Source of the DNA: an uncultured bacterium
GTDB taxonomy: Bacteria; Chloroflexota; Anaerolineae; Anaerolineales; UBA4823
Length of the DNA: 64,000 bases
Assembly: GCA_965603285.1 (NCBI GenBank)
Contig: CBFDCK010000004.1
Coordinates: 8,507-72,506 of the forward strand
Direction of reading: 5' to 3'
Shown here: piece after piece, positions 60,528-64,000 of the stretch
Layout: each line of letters begins with the position of its first letter
Position numbering within the stretch: position 1 is the first letter of the stretch
Translations under genes and position numbers: made by a program
The notes under the pieces: model-generated
What the model was told of the DNA's origin: nothing
Databases searched by the model: none
Seen by the model: the letters and a program-made list of their open reading frames with translations, nothing else

Positions 60528-61478
60528 TCAGGATGCCATCTCTTCTTTCACTTTTTGGTAAAGGGTTTCAGCCTTGAGCTCGCTTAAAGTGTAGCAGGGT
60601 GCCTGGAGGTGATCGGCCAGATTTTGTGCAAGACCTTGATCAAAAGCGGCGTGTTCCATATTTATGACCACGCTTCGGATCTCGTCGGTGGAAATTTGGT
60701 CTGCCAGGCGGTTTGCCTCCTCCTGTGGAGGAAGATTGCTCATAGAGACGTTGCCAGCCCCATCGGTCAAGAGGATAATTAAGGGGTTCACATCAGGGTG
60801 CAGGATGCGCTCTTTTTGGATAACCTGGTGAGCGCTGTACAGACCAGCAGAAAGAGGCGTCTTACCACCGACCGGGATGTCAGCCAGAGCGCGTTTGGCA
60901 AGCTGAACAGAATTTGTTGGAGGAAGGATGAGCGTTGAGCGATTTTTCTGGAATACAACCAGCCCAACCCGGTCGCGACGTTTGTAGGCATCGGTCAAGA
61001 GGGAAAGTATAGCACCTTTGGTAGCCGACATGCGTTCTGCAACAGCCATTGACCAGGATGCATCAACAACGAAAAGAATCAAGTTCGCAGTCTTCTTAAT
61101 TCGGATCTTGCGCTGAAAGTCGCTGGATTTAATGGCAAAAGCCAGCCGTTTACGCTGTTCGATGCGCTTCTTTTGGTGCGGGGCAGCGGCGCGAATGGTA
61201 GCATCGAAAGCGATATCATCGGTTTTTCCGTGAGCTGGACGAGCTTGGATATAGCGCCCGCGTTTGCGATCGGTATGTGAACGCGAGCGCCTACCAGCAT
61301 GCCGGCGTGTTGTTCTATCGAGTGGATTGTCAATCTTGCGTGGGTCAAAGGTTGAACCGACCTTTACCTTTTCTCCGCCCTCCCACCAGTTGGCGCTGAT
61401 TGTATCAAATACTTTCTGATGAGCGGGTTCGGCGGGGACTTGCTGTGTATCTTCGATCTGAACTTCCGTCGTCAGGGC
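60528..61478 (-). CDS. ChlD/BchD-like linker plus VWA domain; no start codon of its own, reachable only in the -1 frame from the upstream AAA+ ORF
   Basis: Hand translation shows the frame is open from the stop at 61518-61520. There is no ATG/GTG/TTG until the internal TTG at 61082. Basic linker RRHAGRRSRSHTDRKRGRY; VWA MIDAS motif VVDASWSM. Confidence 0.75.
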   Translation of the reverse strand, partial: ALTTEVQIEDTQQVPAEPAHQKVFDTISANWWEGGEKVKVGSTFDPRKIDNPLDRTTRRHAGRRSRSHTDRKRGRYIQARPAHGKTDDIAFDATIRAAAPHQKKRIEQRKRLAFAIKSSDFQRKIRIKKTANLILFVVDASWSMAVAERMSATKGAILSLLTDAYKRRDRVGLVVFQKNRSTLILPPTNSVQLAKRALADIPVGGKTPLSAGLYSAHQVIQKERILHPDVNPLIILLTDGAGNVSMSNLPPQEEANRLADQISTDEIRSVVINMEHAAFDQGLAQNLADHLQAPCYTLSELKAETLYQKVKEEMAS

Positions 61479-62569
61479 TTTTTTTTTTCGCTGTGTGACT
61501 CCTCTTTGGGTACGGGTTCAGGTTCACCTTCACCGGACGAAGCGCCTTGCAATTGTTCAATTCGTTCTTGCAGTTCTTCGGTCGTTATCTCGGATTGATG
61601 GAAGGGACCGCGCTTGATACGGTGAGGTAATGCCAATTCCGCCGCCAGAGCGATATCGCGATCAGTTATCGCTGTCCTGCCTTCAAAAGCAGCATGAGCT
61701 CGGGCAGTTTTCAAAATCACTAAGTCGGCGCGATGCCCGTCCACGTCCAAGGAAGACGTCAAAGCCGCGATGGAAAGCAAATCACGATTTGAGTAAGTGA
61801 CCTTGTCAATTAATGTGCGTGCTTCTTCGATCTGGCGAGATAATTCCACCTCGGAAGGCAGCCATTGCTGGCGAAATTCTTCCTGATTTGTCTCAAATGC
61901 CAAATTGCGCTGCATAATAAGGACCCGGTCTCTGGCGTCGCGTATCCCGTGGATTTCAACCGATAAAGCGAATCGATCCAGCAGTTGGGGACGTAAATCT
62001 CCTTCTTCAGGGTTCATCGTCCCGACGAGGATAAAGCGCGCCGGATGGGAGAAGGATATCCCCTCTCTTTCGACAATGTTGACCCCCATAGCGGCGGAGT
62101 CGAGCAGGAGGTCTACGACATGATCGTCAAGCAGGTTGACCTCGTCGATGTAGAGCAGACCACGATTGGCGGCTGCCAGAACACCTGGCTCGAAGTGCCG
62201 TTCACCTTTCTGAATAGCCTTCTCGATATCAAGGGTTCCTACCACGCGATCTTCAGTGGCGGAGACTGGCAAATCAACGAATCGAATCTGGCGTTTTTCT
62301 GTTAACAGTTCTTTTTCTGCTGGCATTTGTTCCTTCACCCAATCAGACCAGGTGTTGGGAGCATTAGGGTCGTCATTGAAAGGTGAATCGGCAAAGACTA
62401 CGATTTGGGGTAGAAGTGCGGCCATTGCGCGTGCGGCAGTGGACTTTGCGGTCCCACGCTCACCACGTATCAGTACTCCACCTATACGGGGGTCAACAGC
62501 GTTGAGAACCAGGGCACGTTTCATGCGATCCTGGCCGACGACAGCGGTAAAAGGATAAATCGGAAGCAT
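61472..62569 (-). CDS. Magnesium/cobalt chelatase ATPase subunit, ChlI/BchI-like (zero-frame product)
   Basis: PFTAVVGQDRMKRALVLNAVDPRIGGVLIRGERGTAKST (Walker A) and LLYIDEVNLL (Walker B). 365 aa. Confidence 0.85.
   Translation of the reverse strand: MLPIYPFTAVVGQDRMKRALVLNAVDPRIGGVLIRGERGTAKSTAARAMAALLPQIVVFADSPFNDDPNAPNTWSDWVKEQMPAEKELLTEKRQIRFVDLPVSATEDRVVGTLDIEKAIQKGERHFEPGVLAAANRGLLYIDEVNLLDDHVVDLLLDSAAMGVNIVEREGISFSHPARFILVGTMNPEEGDLRPQLLDRFALSVEIHGIRDARDRVLIMQRNLAFETNQEEFRQQWLPSEVELSRQIEEARTLIDKVTYSNRDLLSIAALTSSLDVDGHRADLVILKTARAHAAFEGRTAITDRDIALAAELALPHRIKRGPFHQSEITTEELQERIEQLQGASSGEGEPEPVPKEESHSEKKKP
61478..61488 (-). promoter_or_regulatory. A10 run containing an A_AAA_AAG slippery heptamer (candidate -1 frameshift / transcriptional slippage site)
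   Basis: The minus strand reads GAA AAA AAA AAG CCC TGA in the zero frame. GAGGAG lies 10 nt upstream of the run. Confidence 0.6.
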
Positions 62570-62679
62570 TAATTAACTCTTAGTTAGTGAGAGGTGCAAT
62601 AGTCTTGGAATGGACAATATACTGTTGATCAAATGCGCTCACCGAATATTAGACGGATATTCTAATCTTATCACAAAGG

Positions 62680-62708
62680 TTGTCAAGTTGCTTGTTCACC
62701 TTTATAAT
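62680..62708 (+). promoter_or_regulatory. Sigma70-like promoter upstream of rpsA
   Basis: TTGTCA (62680-62685), 17-nt spacer, TATAAT (62703-62708), 40 nt before the ATG. Confidence 0.55.
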
Positions 62709-62748
62709 ACACCCCACAAATTTACAGCAGGTTGGAGTCAGCAAACAC

Positions 62749-64000
62749 ATGGAACAGAATGAAGCCCCTTTGGAGCAGCAGGAGGAGATTGAAAACAATC
62801 AAACGATAGAAGAAGGTGCAAGCGCCGTTGGGAAAGAAGAAGACAGTTCGCCGATGGAAACTCTTCTAAACGAAGGAGAGTTCAAACTAGATTTTCCCAA
62901 ACAAGGAGAAGTTCGCCTGGGGAATATTGCCGAAATCCGCGCCAGTGAAATCTTAGTTAGTATTGGGACAAAGTCTGAAGGAGTGATTTCAGGAAGGGAG
63001 TTTGAACAAATACCCGACGAAGAAAAATCCGTTTTCGAAATTGGTCAAGAGATACCAGTTTACGTAGTTGCCCCAGAGGATCCTAGCGGGAGTGTGGTGC
63101 TTTCATATACACGTGCCCGCGAAGAACAAGACTGGGAAAGTGTAGAGCAGCTCTTAGAAACGGGAGGCACTTTCGATAGCGAGGTGATCGGGTACAACAA
63201 GGGCGGGTTAATCGTACCGATAGGAAGGCTGCGCGGGTTTGTACCGGCTTCACAGGTCAGTTTGCTGCGGCGGTTATCCTTTACTGGAGAAACCCCAGAA
63301 GAGCGTTGGGGAACCCTGGTTGGTGAACAAATGGAGGTCAGTGTTATAGAGATGGATCGAACGCGCCGCCGTTTAATCCTCTCGGAACGTGTGGCTTTGC
63401 AGGAAACCCGTGATACTTTAAAAGACCGGTTGCTGGAAGAGTTGGAAGAAGGATCGGTTCATACGGGACGTGTCACCAGCCTGGCAGATTTTGGTGCGTT
63501 TGTCAACATTGAAGGTGCAGATGGTTTGGTTCATCTCTCGGAAATATCCTGGGAGCGTATCAAGCATCCAAATGAAGTATTGGAAGTTGGGCAAGAAGTT
63601 GATGTTAAGGTCATCAGCGTGGACCGCGACCGCAAACGCATCGGACTATCCATACGCCAATTGCAAGAGGATCCCTGGGTACAAAAAGTTGCTCACCTGC
63701 GAGATGGCTTGCTGGTCGAGGGCACAATCACACACTTAACAAAGTTTGGGGCTTTTGCCCGAATTGATGATGAATTGGAGGGTTTGGTACACGTCTCCGA
63801 GTTGAGCGACCATCGCATTGAACATCCTAAGGAAATTGTGTCCGAAGGAGATGTGGTGACCTTACGGATAATTAAGATCGATACAGATCGCAGGAGGATC
63901 GGGTTGAGCCTGCGTAAGGTTGACTCTCCGGCGTACGCTGACCTGGATTGGAAGATGGCGCTGGCTGATGAAGTGGACAGGGCTCAAGAAGAGGTTCATG
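62749..64000 (+). CDS. rpsA: 30S ribosomal protein S1, 3' end outside the window
   Basis: The frame is open from ATG 62749 to the window edge, so it is missing from the ORF track. Repeated S1 domains (GRVTSLADFGAFVNI...GLVHLSEIS; GTITHLTKFGAFARI...GLVHVSELS). Confidence 0.9.
   Translation, partial: MEQNEAPLEQQEEIENNQTIEEGASAVGKEEDSSPMETLLNEGEFKLDFPKQGEVRLGNIAEIRASEILVSIGTKSEGVISGREFEQIPDEEKSVFEIGQEIPVYVVAPEDPSGSVVLSYTRAREEQDWESVEQLLETGGTFDSEVIGYNKGGLIVPIGRLRGFVPASQVSLLRRLSFTGETPEERWGTLVGEQMEVSVIEMDRTRRRLILSERVALQETRDTLKDRLLEELEEGSVHTGRVTSLADFGAFVNIEGADGLVHLSEISWERIKHPNEVLEVGQEVDVKVISVDRDRKRIGLSIRQLQEDPWVQKVAHLRDGLLVEGTITHLTKFGAFARIDDELEGLVHVSELSDHRIEHPKEIVSEGDVVTLRIIKIDTDRRRIGLSLRKVDSPAYADLDWKMALADEVDRAQEEVH

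Noticed and set aside
61079-61348. The 89-aa ORF listed between the ChlI-like and VWA ORFs.
   Set aside because: It lies in a different frame from a continuous, conserved-looking ChlD linker frame covering the same bases. Its composition looks like off-frame translation.

Overview
This 64-kb window looks chromosomal, with mid-range GC. The gene content suggests a Chloroflexota/Anaerolineae-like organism, but that is inference only (fused transaldolase-PGI, many small-protein and GT-C genes). I support about 55 CDS, one tRNA-Leu(CAA), several intrinsic terminators and two sigma70-like promoters. I saw no rRNA, CRISPR array, transposase, integrase or recognisable defence system.

Most of the window is housekeeping:
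- plsX, gmk, tmk, pdxST, glgC, rpsA and an OmpR/HK pair.
- A long plus-strand block running from glycogen breakdown to the oxidative pentose-phosphate pathway (28.2-41.0 kb).
- A glycosyltransferase block (41.1-46.4 kb).

Observations worth a second look, strongest first:
1. A ChlI/ChlD-type chelatase gene is split exactly at an A10 run that carries a dnaX-type A_AAA_AAG heptamer. The downstream VWA frame has no start codon for 145 codons. This is a candidate -1 frameshift or transcriptional slippage.
2. A translationally coupled operon encodes an isochorismatase-like hydrolase, a TrxR-like flavoprotein without CxxC, and an RlmN/Cfr-like radical SAM enzyme. It sits directly upstream of a membrane-anchored penicillin-acylase-family gene.
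3. A decaying tandem segmental duplication at 64-3425 has identifiable microhomology junctions, an in-frame three-part chimeric ORF and duplicated small genes.
4. A phased DnaA-box cluster with an AT-rich tract lies in a 490-bp non-coding gap at 58.5-58.9 kb, next to a perfect 40-bp palindrome.
5. A ccrM-type methyltransferase is interrupted by a single in-frame TAG at a conserved Gln position.
6. Two identical 18-bp perfect palindromes lie in a convergent gap.

All family assignments come from reading motifs by eye. No database search was possible.
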